Origin: Campylobacter sp.
Lineage (GTDB): Bacteria > Campylobacterota > Campylobacteria > Campylobacterales > Campylobacteraceae
Direction: 5' to 3'
DNA: 64,000 nt
NCBI RefSeq assembly: GCF_052169515.1
Contig: NZ_JBQNCH010000013.1
Coordinates: forward strand, 2,577 to 66,576
Part shown: positions 1-19,175 of the stretch, piece by piece
Position numbering within the stretch: position 1 is the stretch's first letter
Layout: the number at the start of each line of letters is the position of its first letter
The notes under the pieces: generated by a model
Databases searched by the model: none
Told to the model about the DNA's origin: nothing
The model's input: the letters and a program-made list of their open reading frames with translations, nothing else
Position numbers and translations under genes: made by a program

Positions 1-237
1 AAAAGTTTTACGTTTATCACAAAGCAACCACCTGCGACTGACCTTATTAAAAAGGCTGCAGGCATAACAAAGGGAACTGATAATCCTTTGAAAAATAAGG
101 TAGGTAAATTAACAAAAGCTCAAGTTCTTGAGATAGTTGAGAAAAAACTTGTTGATTTAAATACAAATGATAAAGAGCAAGCAGCTAAGATTATTGCTGG
201 TTCAGCTCGCTCAATGGGTGTCGAAATAATAGACTAA
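1..237 (+). CDS. rplK: 50S ribosomal protein L11 (5'-truncated by window edge)
   Basis: Frame 1 reads [21 protein letters not shown]...[15 protein letters not shown], the L11 C-terminal domain; directly upstream of rplA. Confidence 0.97.
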   Translation, partial: KSFTFITKQPPATDLIKKAAGITKGTDNPLKNKVGKLTKAQVLEIVEKKLVDLNTNDKEQAAKIIAGSARSMGVEIID

Positions 238-296
238 AACCTTTACCGTCAGGTTGATTAGCAAAAGACGGAAGCAATTTATATGCGGAGAAATTT

Positions 297-998
297 ATGG
301 GAAAAACTAGTAAGAGATTTCAAGAATTGCTCAAAAAAGTAGAGCAAGATAAAATTTATAACCTTAGTGAGGCTATTGATACAGTTAAAACTCTAGCTTC
401 TGCTAAATTTAATGAAACAGTTGAGATCGCGTTAAAATTAAACGTTGATCCAAGACATGCTGATCAAATGGTTCGTGGCTCAGTTGTTTTACCAGCTGGT
501 ACAGGTAAAACTGTAAGAGTTGCTGTTATTGCCAAAGATGCTAAAGCTGATGAGGCTAAAGCCGCTGGTGCTGATATTGTTGGCGCGGATGATTTGGTTG
601 AAGATATTCAAAAAGGCATAATGAACTTTGATGTTCTTATAGCTACTCCAAATTTAATGGGTCTTGTAGGTAAAGTTGGTAGAATTTTAGGACCAAAAGG
701 TTTGATGCCAAACCCAAAAACTGGAACAGTTACAATGGACGTTGCCCAAGCTGTAAATAATGCAAAGAGCGGTCAGGTAAATTTCCGTGTTGATAAACAA
801 GGAAATATTCATGCTGGTCTTGGTAAAGTAAACTTTACTAAAGAGCAACTTAGCGAAAATATTTCAACATTTATAAAAGCAATAAATAAACATAAACCAG
901 CTGCTGCAAAAGGCAGATATGTAAAAAATGCTTCATTGTCTTTAACAATGAGCCCATCTATATCTCTTGATACTCAAGAAGTTATGGATTTAAAATAA
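297..998 (+). CDS. rplA: 50S ribosomal protein L1
   Basis: [30 protein letters not shown] motifs; SD GGAG. Confidence 0.99.
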   Translation: MGKTSKRFQELLKKVEQDKIYNLSEAIDTVKTLASAKFNETVEIALKLNVDPRHADQMVRGSVVLPAGTGKTVRVAVIAKDAKADEAKAAGADIVGADDLVEDIQKGIMNFDVLIATPNLMGLVGKVGRILGPKGLMPNPKTGTVTMDVAQAVNNAKSGQVNFRVDKQGNIHAGLGKVNFTKEQLSENISTFIKAINKHKPAAAKGRYVKNASLSLTMSPSISLDTQEVMDLK

Positions 999-1025
999 AA
1001 ATTTAGACAAAATTTATATCTTAGA

Positions 1026-1092
1026 TTGGAGATAGCCGAGGCCTTTGGGCTTAATTGATTCGACCCGCTCTGCTTGAAATTACCGGTCGGAA
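1026..1092 (+). promoter_or_regulatory. Probable L10 leader (rplJL autoregulatory RNA)
   Basis: GC-richer structured leader GAGATAGCCGAGGCCTTTGGGCTTAA...CTCTGCTTGAAAT between rplA and rplJ, at the usual L10-leader position; boundaries approximate. Confidence 0.65.
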
Positions 1093-1102
1093 AGGAGAAA
1101 AA

Positions 1103-1588
1103 GTGACACGTAACGAAAAATCTGAAGTTGTTGCAAAATTAGAGAGTGAATTTAAAACTGCTGAAGCTATTGTAGTTTGTGACTATCGTGGTCTTTCAGT
1201 TAAAAAACTTGAAGTTTTAAGAAATTCTGCAAAAGAACAAAATGTAAAAGTTCAAGTTATTAAAAATACTCTTGCAAATATTGCTCTTAAAAATTCTGAT
1301 AAAGTCGGAATGGAACTTAAAGATACAAACATCTATCTTTGGAGTGAAGATCAATTAGCAGTAACTAAGGTAGCCGCAAAATTTGAAGAGTCTAATGCTG
1401 ATCTTTTCAAAATTAAAACAGCTTATATTGATGGCGAAGTTGCAAGCGTTGATAAAGTTAAAGCTCTATCTAAAATGCCTAGCCGCGATGAGCTTATTGC
1501 GATGCTTTTGCAAGTTTGGAATGCGCCAATTCAAAATTTCACAATTGGTTTGAATGCGCTTAAAGAGAAAAAAGAACAATCAGCTTAA
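1103..1588 (+). CDS. rplJ: 50S ribosomal protein L10
   Basis: [29 protein letters not shown] at 1103 follows SD AAAGGAG, so preferred over the track's TTG at 1055. Confidence 0.97.
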   Translation: MTRNEKSEVVAKLESEFKTAEAIVVCDYRGLSVKKLEVLRNSAKEQNVKVQVIKNTLANIALKNSDKVGMELKDTNIYLWSEDQLAVTKVAAKFEESNADLFKIKTAYIDGEVASVDKVKALSKMPSRDELIAMLLQVWNAPIQNFTIGLNALKEKKEQSA

Positions 1589-1611
1589 TTAAAAAATAAT
1601 AAGGATTAAAA

Positions 1612-1989
1612 ATGGCAATTACAAAAGAAGACGTATTAGAATTTATATCTAATCTTTCTGTACTTGAACTTAGCGAACTTGTTAAAGAGTTCGAAGAGAA
1701 ATTTGGCGTTAGTGCAGCTCCTGTAATGGTAGCTGGCGGTGCTGTTGCTGCTGCTGGTGCAGCTGCTGCTGAAGAGAAAACAGAATTTAACATCGTTCTT
1801 GTTGATTCTGGCGATAAGAAAATCAACGTTATTAAGGTTGTTAGAGCACTTACTGGTCTTGGTCTTAAAGAGGCTAAAGACGCAGTTGAGGGAACTCCAT
1901 CTGTTCTTAAAGAAGGCGTTAGCAAAGATGAAGCTGAAGCAGCTAAAAAAGAGCTTGAAGAGGCTGGTGCTAAGGTTGAACTTAAATAA
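1612..1989 (+). CDS. rplL: 50S ribosomal protein L7/L12
   Basis: [29 protein letters not shown]. Confidence 0.99.
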   Translation: MAITKEDVLEFISNLSVLELSELVKEFEEKFGVSAAPVMVAGGAVAAAGAAAAEEKTEFNIVLVDSGDKKINVIKVVRALTGLGLKEAKDAVEGTPSVLKEGVSKDEAEAAKKELEEAGAKVELK

Positions 1990-2016
1990 TTTTTTATTAT
2001 TTAGGCTTAATATTTC

Positions 2017-2044
2017 AAGAGAGGGCGGAGGCTCTCTCTTTTTT
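2017..2044 (+). terminator. Intrinsic terminator/attenuator between rplL and rpoB
   Basis: AAGAGAGGGC-GGAG-GCTCTCTCTT stem followed by T run; a TATACT -10 at 2071-2076 could drive rpoB separately. Confidence 0.8.
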
Positions 2045-2065
2045 AAATTTTAGATGCCTTGTTAA

Positions 2066-10754
<8,689 letters not shown>

Positions 10755-10757
10755 TAT

Positions 10758-10788
10758 ATTAAGCCCCTGTTTTGGGGCTTAATTTTTT
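10758..10788 (+). terminator. Intrinsic terminator after rpoC
   Basis: ATTAAGCCCC-TGTTTT-GGGGCTTAAT followed by T run. Confidence 0.85.
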
Positions 10789-10889
10789 ATAAATTTATCC
10801 CCCACTTAATTTTACAAAACTTCAAAATTTACAAGCTATTAATCAATCTTAAATAAAATCATATAATTAAAATACGTAACGGAGATATT

Positions 10890-11279
10890 ATGAAAAATGT
10901 CGATCTTGGACTTTTAATTTTACGCTTAGACCTTGGAATTTGCCTTTTTATGCATGGTTTTGGCAAAATTTTACATGGAGTTAACGGAGTAAAGAGTATT
11001 TTGGTTGGCGCTGGGCTCCCTAGTTTTTTAGCATATTTTGCCTATCTTGGAGAGGTTTTAGCTCCGATAATGATAGCTGTTGGCTTTTACTCAAGAGCTG
11101 GCGCAGCTTTGGTTTTTGCTTCTAGTATTATTATTTTATACTCATTTTTTGGCTTTTCAAATTTACTTGAACTAAATAGTGTCAATGGTTTTAAAGCAGA
11201 ACTTATCTACCTATACATTGCAATGTCTATTTGTATTATCTTTTCTGGTAGTGGCAAATACGCAATCAAACAAGATTAA
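10890..11279 (+). CDS. DoxX-family membrane protein
   Basis: GLLILRL..G...MHGFGK, EVLAPIMIAVGFYSR, GSGKYAI; four hydrophobic segments. Confidence 0.85.
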   Translation: MKNVDLGLLILRLDLGICLFMHGFGKILHGVNGVKSILVGAGLPSFLAYFAYLGEVLAPIMIAVGFYSRAGAALVFASSIIILYSFFGFSNLLELNSVNGFKAELIYLYIAMSICIIFSGSGKYAIKQD

Positions 11280-11419
11280 AGGTTGCTTAAATTTAGAACA
11301 GATTAAAATGTGCTAAATTCCTACACTTTATATTTAAAATTTAAATTTAGTTTATTTTTTTATAACACTTTAAGTTTATTGCCTTTAAATTTAAAAACAA
11401 TTTCTAATTTAAAGGACGC

Positions 11420-12835
11420 ATGATGGAAAAGACAAAAAAAGAACCTTCGTTTCTGCTCGCAGTCACACCTATTTTGGTTATGATTGTGGGCCTTGCACTT
11501 GGCGTTGGCTACATGAAATTAAAAGTCGAGCCTATCATTCTTATTGCTGCTCTTGTGGCTGGTGGTATCGCTTGGAAGCTAGGATATAGTTGGAAAGAGC
11601 TTCAAGACGGCGTCATAGAAAAAATTTCTAGCTCACTGCCGGCACTCATGATACTTTGGGCGGTTGGTCTTCTTATTGGTTCATGGGTGTTTTCAGGTGC
11701 TATTCCTATGATTATTTACTACGGCGTGGATATTATCAATCCTAAGTATTTAGTCCTTACGGCATTTGTTATCGCAGCTATCATCTCAACAACAACTGGT
11801 ACCTCTTGGGGATCTGCTGGTACGGTAGGCGTGGCCATCATGGGTATAGCTCAAGGCCTTGATGTAAATTTAGCAGCAACTGCAGGCGCTGTAGTGGCTG
11901 GAGCTTATTTTGGTGACAAGCTTTCTCCACTCTCAGATACAACCAACCTAGCTCCGATAGCTGCTGGCTCAGAGCTTTATGAGCACATTAGACATATGCT
12001 TTACACAACTATTCCAGCGACTATTGTTGCGCTAGCAGCCTATCTATTTTTTGGTAGCGCAGCTGCAAGTAGTGGCGCTAATATATCTGAGTCAGTTTTA
12101 TTGCTACAAAGCCAACTAGATAAAATTTTTCACTGGAATATCTTGCTACTTTTACCTGTGTTGCTTGTTTTGGCTGGCTCTGTGCTAAAGTGGCCAACTA
12201 TCCCTGTAATGATTATCGCATCTCTATTTTCAGTCGTTCTTGGCGTTATCATCCAGGGCTTTAGTTTAAAAAATGGCTTTATCTCAGTGATGACCGGCTT
12301 TAATGTCACAATGAGCGGCGTTGAGATGGAATTTTCAAAAGATATCACCAAGCTTCTAAATAGGGGCGGCGTGAGCTCTGTAAACTCGACAACTATCCTA
12401 GTCATCTGCGCTATGGGCTTTGCTGGCATCATCTCAAAAACTGGCATGCTTACAAAGGTGCTCCACACTATCATGGCGAAGGTCAAATCAGCAGCAGGCG
12501 TCATCATCTCAACTATCGGCTCATGTTTAACTGTCGCATTTGTCACAGGTAGCTCATATCTTTCTATCCTTATTCCTGGTGAGATGTTTAAAGACTTTTA
12601 TAAAGAGAAAAATTTAGCAGCCAAAAACCTATCAAGAACGCTTGAAGACTCTGGTACCGTGATCGTTCCACTCATTCCTTGGTCGGCAGCTGGTGCATAT
12701 ATGACAGCTACACTTGGAGTGCCAACGGTAGAGTACTTGCCATGGGCGATCCTAAACTACATGGGCGTTGTCTTTGCTATCATCCTAGCCCTAACAGGTA
12801 TCGGCATAGCTAAAATAAACAAGGAGGCCAAATGA
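11420..12835 (+). CDS. NhaC-family (Na+/H+ antiporter or amino acid/organic acid) transporter
   Basis: GTSWGSAGTVG, GAYFGDKLSPLSDTTNLA, LSRTLEDSGT, PLIPW family motifs; ~12 TM segments. Start may be the second ATG (11423). Confidence 0.9.
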   Translation: MMEKTKKEPSFLLAVTPILVMIVGLALGVGYMKLKVEPIILIAALVAGGIAWKLGYSWKELQDGVIEKISSSLPALMILWAVGLLIGSWVFSGAIPMIIYYGVDIINPKYLVLTAFVIAAIISTTTGTSWGSAGTVGVAIMGIAQGLDVNLAATAGAVVAGAYFGDKLSPLSDTTNLAPIAAGSELYEHIRHMLYTTIPATIVALAAYLFFGSAAASSGANISESVLLLQSQLDKIFHWNILLLLPVLLVLAGSVLKWPTIPVMIIASLFSVVLGVIIQGFSLKNGFISVMTGFNVTMSGVEMEFSKDITKLLNRGGVSSVNSTTILVICAMGFAGIISKTGMLTKVLHTIMAKVKSAAGVIISTIGSCLTVAFVTGSSYLSILIPGEMFKDFYKEKNLAAKNLSRTLEDSGTVIVPLIPWSAAGAYMTATLGVPTVEYLPWAILNYMGVVFAIILALTGIGIAKINKEAK

Positions 12836-13965
12836 TACTCATAAAAAATGTAAAAATTTACTCTCCAAAATTTCTTGGCAAGAAAGATATATTTATATGT
12901 AATGGCAAGATCGTTTGCATAGCTGAAAATATAGAGCCAAATTTACCAAACATAAAGGTGATCGACGCTTCAAATTTCACAGCTATACCAGGCCTTATAG
13001 ATAAGCACGTGCACATTACTGGCGGCGGCGGCGAGGGTGGCTTTAAGACTAGAGTGCCTGAGATCATGCTATCAAATTTAATAGAAGCTGGCATAACGAC
13101 CGTGGTCGGACTACTTGGAACTGACAGCACAACAAGAAGCGTTGAAAATTTGGTTGCCAAAGCTCACGCACTAAATGACGAGGGCATCACATGCTACGCT
13201 CATACCGGCGCATACAGCTCTAAAACGCCAACCATAACTGGCGAGATCGAAAAAGATATCGTCTTTGTCGGACCGATAATCGGCACCAAGCTAGCCATAA
13301 GCGACCACCGCTCATCAAGCGTGAGCAAGGATGAGCTCGCTCACATCGTCTCTGCTGGCAGAGTAGCTGGCATGATCAGCTCAAAGTCTGGCCATACTAC
13401 GCTTCACATGGGTGATGGCAAAAAGGGCATAAATTTGATCTATGAAGTGCTAAACGAGTATGATATGCCGATTACGCTATTTCAACCAACGCACGTAAAT
13501 AGAAATGAAGAGCTTTTTAAACAAAGCTTTAAATTTATAAAAGATGGCGGCTATATCGACTTTACCTGCATGTCAGGCCTTACACCGCTTGAAGCTGTAA
13601 AGCGCATCAAAAAAGAAAATTTACCGACAAACAAGATCACTATTAGTTCAGACGGCTTTGGCAGCTACTCTAGCTACGATAGAGACGGAAATTTACTAAA
13701 AATAGGCATTGCTGGCGTTAAGAGCCTGTATGAAGAGTTTATAAATTTTGTAAAAGATGGCTTTAGTATAGAAGAAGCATTGCCGTATTTTACGACAAAC
13801 GTGGCAAGAAGTGTGGCTTTGCAAAATAAAAAAGGCGAGATAAAAGAGGGTTTTGACGCCGATATTTTACTAGTAAGTGATGAGCTTGATATAAAATTTG
13901 TCGTAGCTAAAGGTGAAATTTTAAAAGATGACAGCGGTTTTATAAAAAAAGGAACGTATGAATAA
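12832..13965 (+). CDS. iadA: Isoaspartyl (beta-aspartyl) dipeptidase
   Basis: PGLIDKHVHITGGGGEGG, KLAISDHRSS, HMGDG, PTHVNRN, SSDG: the binuclear amidohydrolase ligands of IadA; ATGA overlap with the transporter. Confidence 0.92.
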   Translation: MILIKNVKIYSPKFLGKKDIFICNGKIVCIAENIEPNLPNIKVIDASNFTAIPGLIDKHVHITGGGGEGGFKTRVPEIMLSNLIEAGITTVVGLLGTDSTTRSVENLVAKAHALNDEGITCYAHTGAYSSKTPTITGEIEKDIVFVGPIIGTKLAISDHRSSSVSKDELAHIVSAGRVAGMISSKSGHTTLHMGDGKKGINLIYEVLNEYDMPITLFQPTHVNRNEELFKQSFKFIKDGGYIDFTCMSGLTPLEAVKRIKKENLPTNKITISSDGFGSYSSYDRDGNLLKIGIAGVKSLYEEFINFVKDGFSIEEALPYFTTNVARSVALQNKKGEIKEGFDADILLVSDELDIKFVVAKGEILKDDSGFIKKGTYE

Positions 13966-14045
13966 ATCTGATTTATTAACCGATATTTAAGTTTTTTTTA
14001 AATAAAATTAGGTCTTTTTAATAAATTTAGTTGAAAGGAATTATT

Positions 14046-14444
14046 GTGCCAACCATAAATCAATTGGTCAGAAAAGAACGCAAGAAAGTGACTGTTAAGT
14101 CAAAATCTCCAGCGTTAAAAGAGTGCCCTCAAAGAAGAGGAGTTTGCACTAGGGTTTATACTACAACTCCTAAAAAACCAAACTCAGCTTTGAGGAAAGT
14201 TGCCAAAGTTAGGCTAACAAGCGGTTTTGAAGTCATCAGCTATATTGGCGGTGAAGGTCACAACCTACAAGAACACAGTATCGTTTTAGTTCGCGGTGGT
14301 AGGGTTAAAGACTTACCAGGTGTTAAATATCACATCGTTCGTGGTGCACTTGATACTGCTGGTGTTGCAAAAAGAACAGTTTCTCGTTCTAAATATGGTG
14401 CAAAACGCCCTAAAGCTGGTGCTGCAGCTGCAACAAAAAAGTAA
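14046..14444 (+). CDS. rpsL: 30S ribosomal protein S12
   Basis: GTG start giving [31 protein letters not shown]. Confidence 0.99.
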   Translation: MPTINQLVRKERKKVTVKSKSPALKECPQRRGVCTRVYTTTPKKPNSALRKVAKVRLTSGFEVISYIGGEGHNLQEHSIVLVRGGRVKDLPGVKYHIVRGALDTAGVAKRTVSRSKYGAKRPKAGAAAATKK

Positions 14445-14501
14445 AAATTTAGGTTCGCAGACGTTGCTAAAATTTGCAAACGTTTGAGTAAAATTTCATA
14501 A

Positions 14502-14993
<492 letters not shown>

Positions 14994-15005
14994 GAAAGAA
15001 TTGAT

Positions 15006-17084
15006 ATGGCAGAAAGAAAAACACCTTTACATAAAGTAAGAAATATTGGTATTGCGGCTCACATCGACGCTGGTAAAACTACAACAAGTGAAAGAATTTT
15101 ATTCTTTACCGGTATGAGTCACAAACTCGGCGAGGTTCATGATGGTGCTGCTACTATGGACTGGATGGAACAAGAAAAAGAGCGCGGTATTACGATTACA
15201 TCGGCAGCTACTACTTGCTTTTGGAAAGACCATCAGGTAAATTTGATTGACACTCCAGGCCACGTTGACTTTACTATCGAAGTTGAGCGTTCTATGCGTG
15301 TTCTTGATGGCGCTGTTTCTGTATTTTGTTCTGTTGGCGGTGTTCAGCCTCAGTCAGAAACTGTTTGGAGACAAGCAAATAAATATCATGTACCAAGAGT
15401 AGTTTTTGTTAATAAAATGGATAGAATTGGTGCAAATTTCTTTAGAGTCGAAGAGCAGATCAGAGATAGATTAAAGGCAAATCCAGTACCTATTCAAATT
15501 CCTATCGGCGCGGAAGATAACTTTAAGGGTGTTATTGACCTTGTTAGAATGAAAGCTTATGTTTGGAATGATGATAAAAAACCAACTGATTATATTGAAG
15601 AAGAAATTCCAGCTGAACTTAAAGAAAAAGCAGAAGAATACCGTGCAAAACTAATCGAAGCTGTTTCTGAAATAGATGATAGCTTAATGGAAAAATTCTT
15701 TGCTGGCGAAGAGCTAACCGAAGAAGAGATCAAAAAAGGTATTAAAGCAGGTTGCTTAAGAATGACTATCACACCTATGCTTTGCGGTACTGCGTTTAAG
15801 AATAAAGGTATCCAGCCTTTACTTGATGCTGTAGTTGATTACCTGCCAGCTCCTGATGAGATCGAAGCGATCAAGGGCGTTTATGAAGACGGTACTGAAG
15901 TAACTGTTGATAGTACTGATGATGGCGAATTTGCAGCTCTTGCGTTTAAAATCATGACTGACCCATTTGTTGGACAGCTAACATTTATCCGTGTATATAG
16001 AGGAAGCCTTGAAAGTGGTAGTTATGCTTACAACACAGTTCAAGACAATAAAGAGAGAATCGGCCGTCTATTAAAAATGCACTCAAATAAGCGTGAAGAA
16101 ATTTCAGAGCTTTTTGCTGGCGAGATCGGTGCTGTTGTTGGTCTTAAAAATACTCTAACTGGCGATACTTTGGCTAGCGAAAAAGATAAAGTTATCCTAG
16201 AGAGAATGGACTTCCCAGATCCAGTTATCAGCGTTGCTGTTGAGCCAAAAACAAAAGCTGATCAAGAGAAGATGGCGATAGCTTTACAAAAACTAGCTCA
16301 AGAAGATCCAAGCTTTAGAGTTAGCACAGATGAAGAGAGTGGACAAACTATTATTAGTGGTATGGGTGAGCTTCACTTGGAAATTATTGTCGATCGTATG
16401 CTGCGCGAATTTAAAGTTGATGCTGAAGTTGGTCAACCACAAGTTGCTTACCGCGAGACTATCCGCAAGACAGTTGAACAAGAGTATAAATATGCAAAGC
16501 AATCAGGCGGTCGTGGTCAGTATGGTCACGTATTTCTACGTCTTGAACCACTTCCAGCTGCTAGTGGATTTGAATTTGTCAATGACATCAAAGGTGGTGT
16601 TGTTCCAAAAGAATATATCCCAGCTGTTGAAAAAGGTTGTAAAGAGGCACTTCAAAGTGGTGTTCTTGCTGGTTATCCAGTTGAAGACGTTAAAGTTACA
16701 CTGTTTGATGGTAGCTACCACGAAGTTGACTCATCTGAGATGGCATTTAAACTCGCTGCTTCAATGGGCTTTAAAGAAGGCGCTAGAAAAGCAGGTGCTG
16801 TTATTCTCGAACCTATGATGAAAGTTGAAGTTGAAACACCAGAAGAGTACATGGGTGATGTTATTGGTGACCTTAACAAGCGTCGTGGTCAAGTAAACTC
16901 AATGGACGATAGAAGCGGTATCAAGATCATCGCTGCTTACTGCCCACTAGCACAAATGTTTGGCTACTCAACAGATCTTCGCTCAATGACACAAGGTCGT
17001 GCGACTTACTCTATGGAATTTGATCACTATGAAGAAGTTCCTAAAAACGTAAGTGAAGAGATTATTAAAAAGAGAAATGGCTAA
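15006..17084 (+). CDS. fusA: Elongation factor G
   Basis: [23 protein letters not shown] GTPase motifs. Confidence 0.99.
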   Translation: MAERKTPLHKVRNIGIAAHIDAGKTTTSERILFFTGMSHKLGEVHDGAATMDWMEQEKERGITITSAATTCFWKDHQVNLIDTPGHVDFTIEVERSMRVLDGAVSVFCSVGGVQPQSETVWRQANKYHVPRVVFVNKMDRIGANFFRVEEQIRDRLKANPVPIQIPIGAEDNFKGVIDLVRMKAYVWNDDKKPTDYIEEEIPAELKEKAEEYRAKLIEAVSEIDDSLMEKFFAGEELTEEEIKKGIKAGCLRMTITPMLCGTAFKNKGIQPLLDAVVDYLPAPDEIEAIKGVYEDGTEVTVDSTDDGEFAALAFKIMTDPFVGQLTFIRVYRGSLESGSYAYNTVQDNKERIGRLLKMHSNKREEISELFAGEIGAVVGLKNTLTGDTLASEKDKVILERMDFPDPVISVAVEPKTKADQEKMAIALQKLAQEDPSFRVSTDEESGQTIISGMGELHLEIIVDRMLREFKVDAEVGQPQVAYRETIRKTVEQEYKYAKQSGGRGQYGHVFLRLEPLPAASGFEFVNDIKGGVVPKEYIPAVEKGCKEALQSGVLAGYPVEDVKVTLFDGSYHEVDSSEMAFKLAASMGFKEGARKAGAVILEPMMKVEVETPEEYMGDVIGDLNKRRGQVNSMDDRSGIKIIAAYCPLAQMFGYSTDLRSMTQGRATYSMEFDHYEEVPKNVSEEIIKKRNG

Positions 17085-17095
17085 TTAGTCAAAAT

Positions 17096-17118
17096 AGGGC
17101 AGAGTGATCTGCCCTTTA
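17096..17118 (+). terminator. Intrinsic terminator after fusA
   Basis: AGGGCAGA-GTGA-TCTGCCCT hairpin (GNRA loop) then TT. Confidence 0.75.
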
Positions 17119-17158
17119 AATTCAATCGCTCAGTTAAAATAAACTAACTCACAAATTT

Positions 17159-17235
17159 GTCCTCATAGCTCAGCTGGATAGAGCGTAGAATTCCTAATTC
17201 TAAGGCCACAGGTTCGAACCCTGTTGGGGACACCA
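17159..17235 (+). tRNA. tRNA-Arg (anticodon CCT)
   Basis: Acceptor GTCCTCA/TGGGGAC, D arm GCTCAGCTGGATAGAGC, anticodon arm TAGAA-TTCCTAA-TTCTA, T arm GGTTCGAACC, encoded CCA; 77 nt. Confidence 0.97.
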
Positions 17236-17416
17236 TTGTATCATATATAATTTTTATAAAGCACTTATTATTTTAAAAATTTATACTAAATTTTTATTAG
17301 AAGACCGTCAATTCATAATATTTTAATAATTACAAGCAATAAAATTTATCAAACAAAATTTTATATATTTAATAATCTATGCTAATATCACACAAATTTT
17401 TATTTAAGGATGATAA

Positions 17417-17794
17417 ATGAAAAGAATTTTACTTTTAGGGGCTGTTTGTTCTATGTTGTCTGCGGATGTTAAAACTATTCGAGTCACTCCAGACGTGATA
17501 AAAAATTATGATCAGATCGTTGATATCAGAACTCCACTTGAGTGGCAAGAGACTGGTATTATAGCAGGAGCAAAAACTATTACTTTTGATCCAAGCCAAA
17601 AAGAAGCATTTGTAGATGAGCTATCAAAAGCAGTTGATCTCAAAAAGCCTGTTGCTATTATTTGCAGAAGCGGTAGAAGAAGTGCGGCTGCTGCGGCCAT
17701 TATTGATAATGCTGATCTAAATATCATAAATTTAGATGGCGGTATGGGTAGTTTGATTGAGCAAGGCTATAAAACTACACCATATAAAAAATAA
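17417..17794 (+). CDS. Exported single-domain rhodanese-like sulfurtransferase
   Basis: Signal-peptide-like N-terminus; VDIRTPLEW..G.IAGA, active loop CRSGRRS, NLDGGM. Confidence 0.85.
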   Translation: MKRILLLGAVCSMLSADVKTIRVTPDVIKNYDQIVDIRTPLEWQETGIIAGAKTITFDPSQKEAFVDELSKAVDLKKPVAIICRSGRRSAAAAAIIDNADLNIINLDGGMGSLIEQGYKTTPYKK

Positions 17795-17813
17795 ACAAAT
17801 TTTTAAAATCTAC

Positions 17814-17847
17814 TTTTAACTACAAGATAAATTTCTTGTAGTTAAAA
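17814..17847. terminator. 14-bp perfect inverted repeat, probable terminator
   Basis: TTTTAACTACAAGA-TAAATT-TCTTGTAGTTAAAA after the rhodanese gene. Confidence 0.7.
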
Positions 17848-17856
17848 TTTATATTA

Positions 17857-17910
17857 AATAATAAAAATTATTATTTAATTAACCAACTATTAACTCTACC
17901 TATATATAAT
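17857..17910 (+). promoter_or_regulatory. dps promoter with Fur/PerR-like box
   Basis: AATAATAAAAATTATTATT (17857-17875) matches 14/19 of GATAATGATAATCATTATC; TATAAT at 17905-17910. Confidence 0.6.
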
Positions 17911-17945
17911 TTCACCATATTTAAATAATTAAAGAAGGAGACAAA

Positions 17946-18380
17946 ATGTCAAAAGTTATTTTACAATTAAACACAATTCAAGCCGATGCAAATGCACTTT
18001 ACATCAAATTTCACGATCTTCACTGGAACGTAAAAGGTCTTCAGTTTTTCAGCGTTCATGAATACACTGAGAAAGCTTATGAGGATATGAGCGAGATCTT
18101 TGATGCCGTTGCTGAAAGAGCCCTTATGCTTGGCGGTAGGCCTATCGTTAAAGCTGAAGAGCTAGCGAAAGTCGCTCATATCAAACACGAGCCAAAAGAG
18201 AGTTACGCTCCAACTGAAGTTTTAGATATAGTTTTAGCTGACTACAAACATCTGTTAGGCGAGTTTAAAAAGCTTGATGAACTTGCAGAGGGCGATACAA
18301 CAACTCAGATGTACGCACAAGATCAAATAGCAAAATTTGAAAAAGCCATATGGATGCTAAACGCAACATTAGGTAAATAA
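17946..18380 (+). CDS. dps: Dps / ferritin-like DNA protection protein
   Basis: HDLHWNVKGLQFFSVHEYTE, DAVAER, EKAIWML. Confidence 0.95.
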   Translation: MSKVILQLNTIQADANALYIKFHDLHWNVKGLQFFSVHEYTEKAYEDMSEIFDAVAERALMLGGRPIVKAEELAKVAHIKHEPKESYAPTEVLDIVLADYKHLLGEFKKLDELAEGDTTTQMYAQDQIAKFEKAIWMLNATLGK

Positions 18381-18408
18381 TCACAGCGGGAAGTTCTCCC
18401 GCTTACTC

Positions 18409-18435
18409 TAAATAAATTCTACTTTTTGGCGATAT
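18409..18435 (+). promoter_or_regulatory. Sigma28 (FliA) promoter
   Basis: TAAA-N15-GGCGATAT versus consensus TAAA-N15-GCCGATAA, just after the dps hairpin and 28 nt before the next ATG. Confidence 0.75.
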
Positions 18436-18463
18436 TGCCTTTATAAATTTAAAGGAGCCAAAT

Positions 18464-19051
18464 ATGCAAATCAGTCAAATCGCAAGCTCATACAATACTT
18501 CAAGCGTAAAAGAAAATATAAAATCAGAAATTTCATTTCATAAGGATGAAAAAGAGGTTTCCAAAAAGCAACCCGAGATTTCAAATTTAAGTGCAAAAGA
18601 GATCTCAAATAGTTATTTTTTGCAGTATCAAAAAGAGATCATACAAAATGCTAGCTCAAATTTATTGGCTCAAGGCAGCTTAAGCTTTAATGTGCCTAAA
18701 AATTTGTCTGATATTTTATCCGGTCTCGATCTAGCAGGTATTGGCTATAATGGCAAAGCTCTAGGTGAGTTAAGTGGCGATGAGGCAAGCGAGCTAGTTA
18801 GCGAAAATGGCTTTTTTGGTATTTCAAATACAGCTGAGAGGATAGCCGGCTTTGTACTAAATGGTGCAGGCGATGATATAGAGAAGCTAAAAGCTGGTAG
18901 AGATGGCGTGACAAAGGGTTTTGAAGATGCAAAGAAAAATTGGGGTGGCGAGCTACCTGAAATTTCTCAAAAGACTATTGAAAAGACTCTTGAGTTACTT
19001 GATAAGAAGATCGCTGAGTTTGGCGGTAACGTTTTAAACGTATCAGCTTAG
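18464..19051 (+). CDS. Conserved hypothetical protein, probably sigma28-regulated
   Basis: SD AAGGAG; Ser/Asn-rich N-terminus; helical C-terminus GFFGISNTAERIAGFV...GFEDAKKNWGGELPEISQKT; own terminator. Confidence 0.8.
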   Translation: MQISQIASSYNTSSVKENIKSEISFHKDEKEVSKKQPEISNLSAKEISNSYFLQYQKEIIQNASSNLLAQGSLSFNVPKNLSDILSGLDLAGIGYNGKALGELSGDEASELVSENGFFGISNTAERIAGFVLNGAGDDIEKLKAGRDGVTKGFEDAKKNWGGELPEISQKTIEKTLELLDKKIAEFGGNVLNVSA

Positions 19052-19080
19052 ATTTCTTGGGTTGCATGCCCAAGAAATTT
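19052..19080 (+). terminator. Intrinsic terminator
   Basis: ATTTCTTGGG-TTGCATG-CCCAAGAAAT. Confidence 0.8.
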
Positions 19081-19175
19081 ATATATTAATGTAAGAATAA
19101 AAATCAAATTTCAAAACTCACAAATTTTATTTAAACTGAAAAGCTATACTTCGCTCTTTAAAATAAGGAGAAAAG

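Noticed and set aside
1055..1102. N-terminal extension of L10
   Set aside because: Lies in the leader RNA; the SD places the start at GTG 1103.
10926..10934. Asp in DoxX first helix (LRLDLG) as a sign of pseudogenisation
   Set aside because: Single substitution in an intact frame; cannot be told from polymorphism or sequencing error.
13021..13035. GGC repeat as a phase-variable tract
   Set aside because: It encodes the conserved IadA GGGGEGG motif; no long poly-G/C tract was seen in the window.
13963..13986. Possible sigma28 promoter (TAAA...ACCGATAT) before rpsL
   Set aside because: Spacer is 12 nt rather than 15; a sigma70 TAAAAT lies closer to rpsL.
17159..17416. tRNA-Arg as an occupied integration site
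   Set aside because: No integrase, phage genes or duplicated tRNA 3' end seen; downstream genes look like ordinary chromosomal genes.
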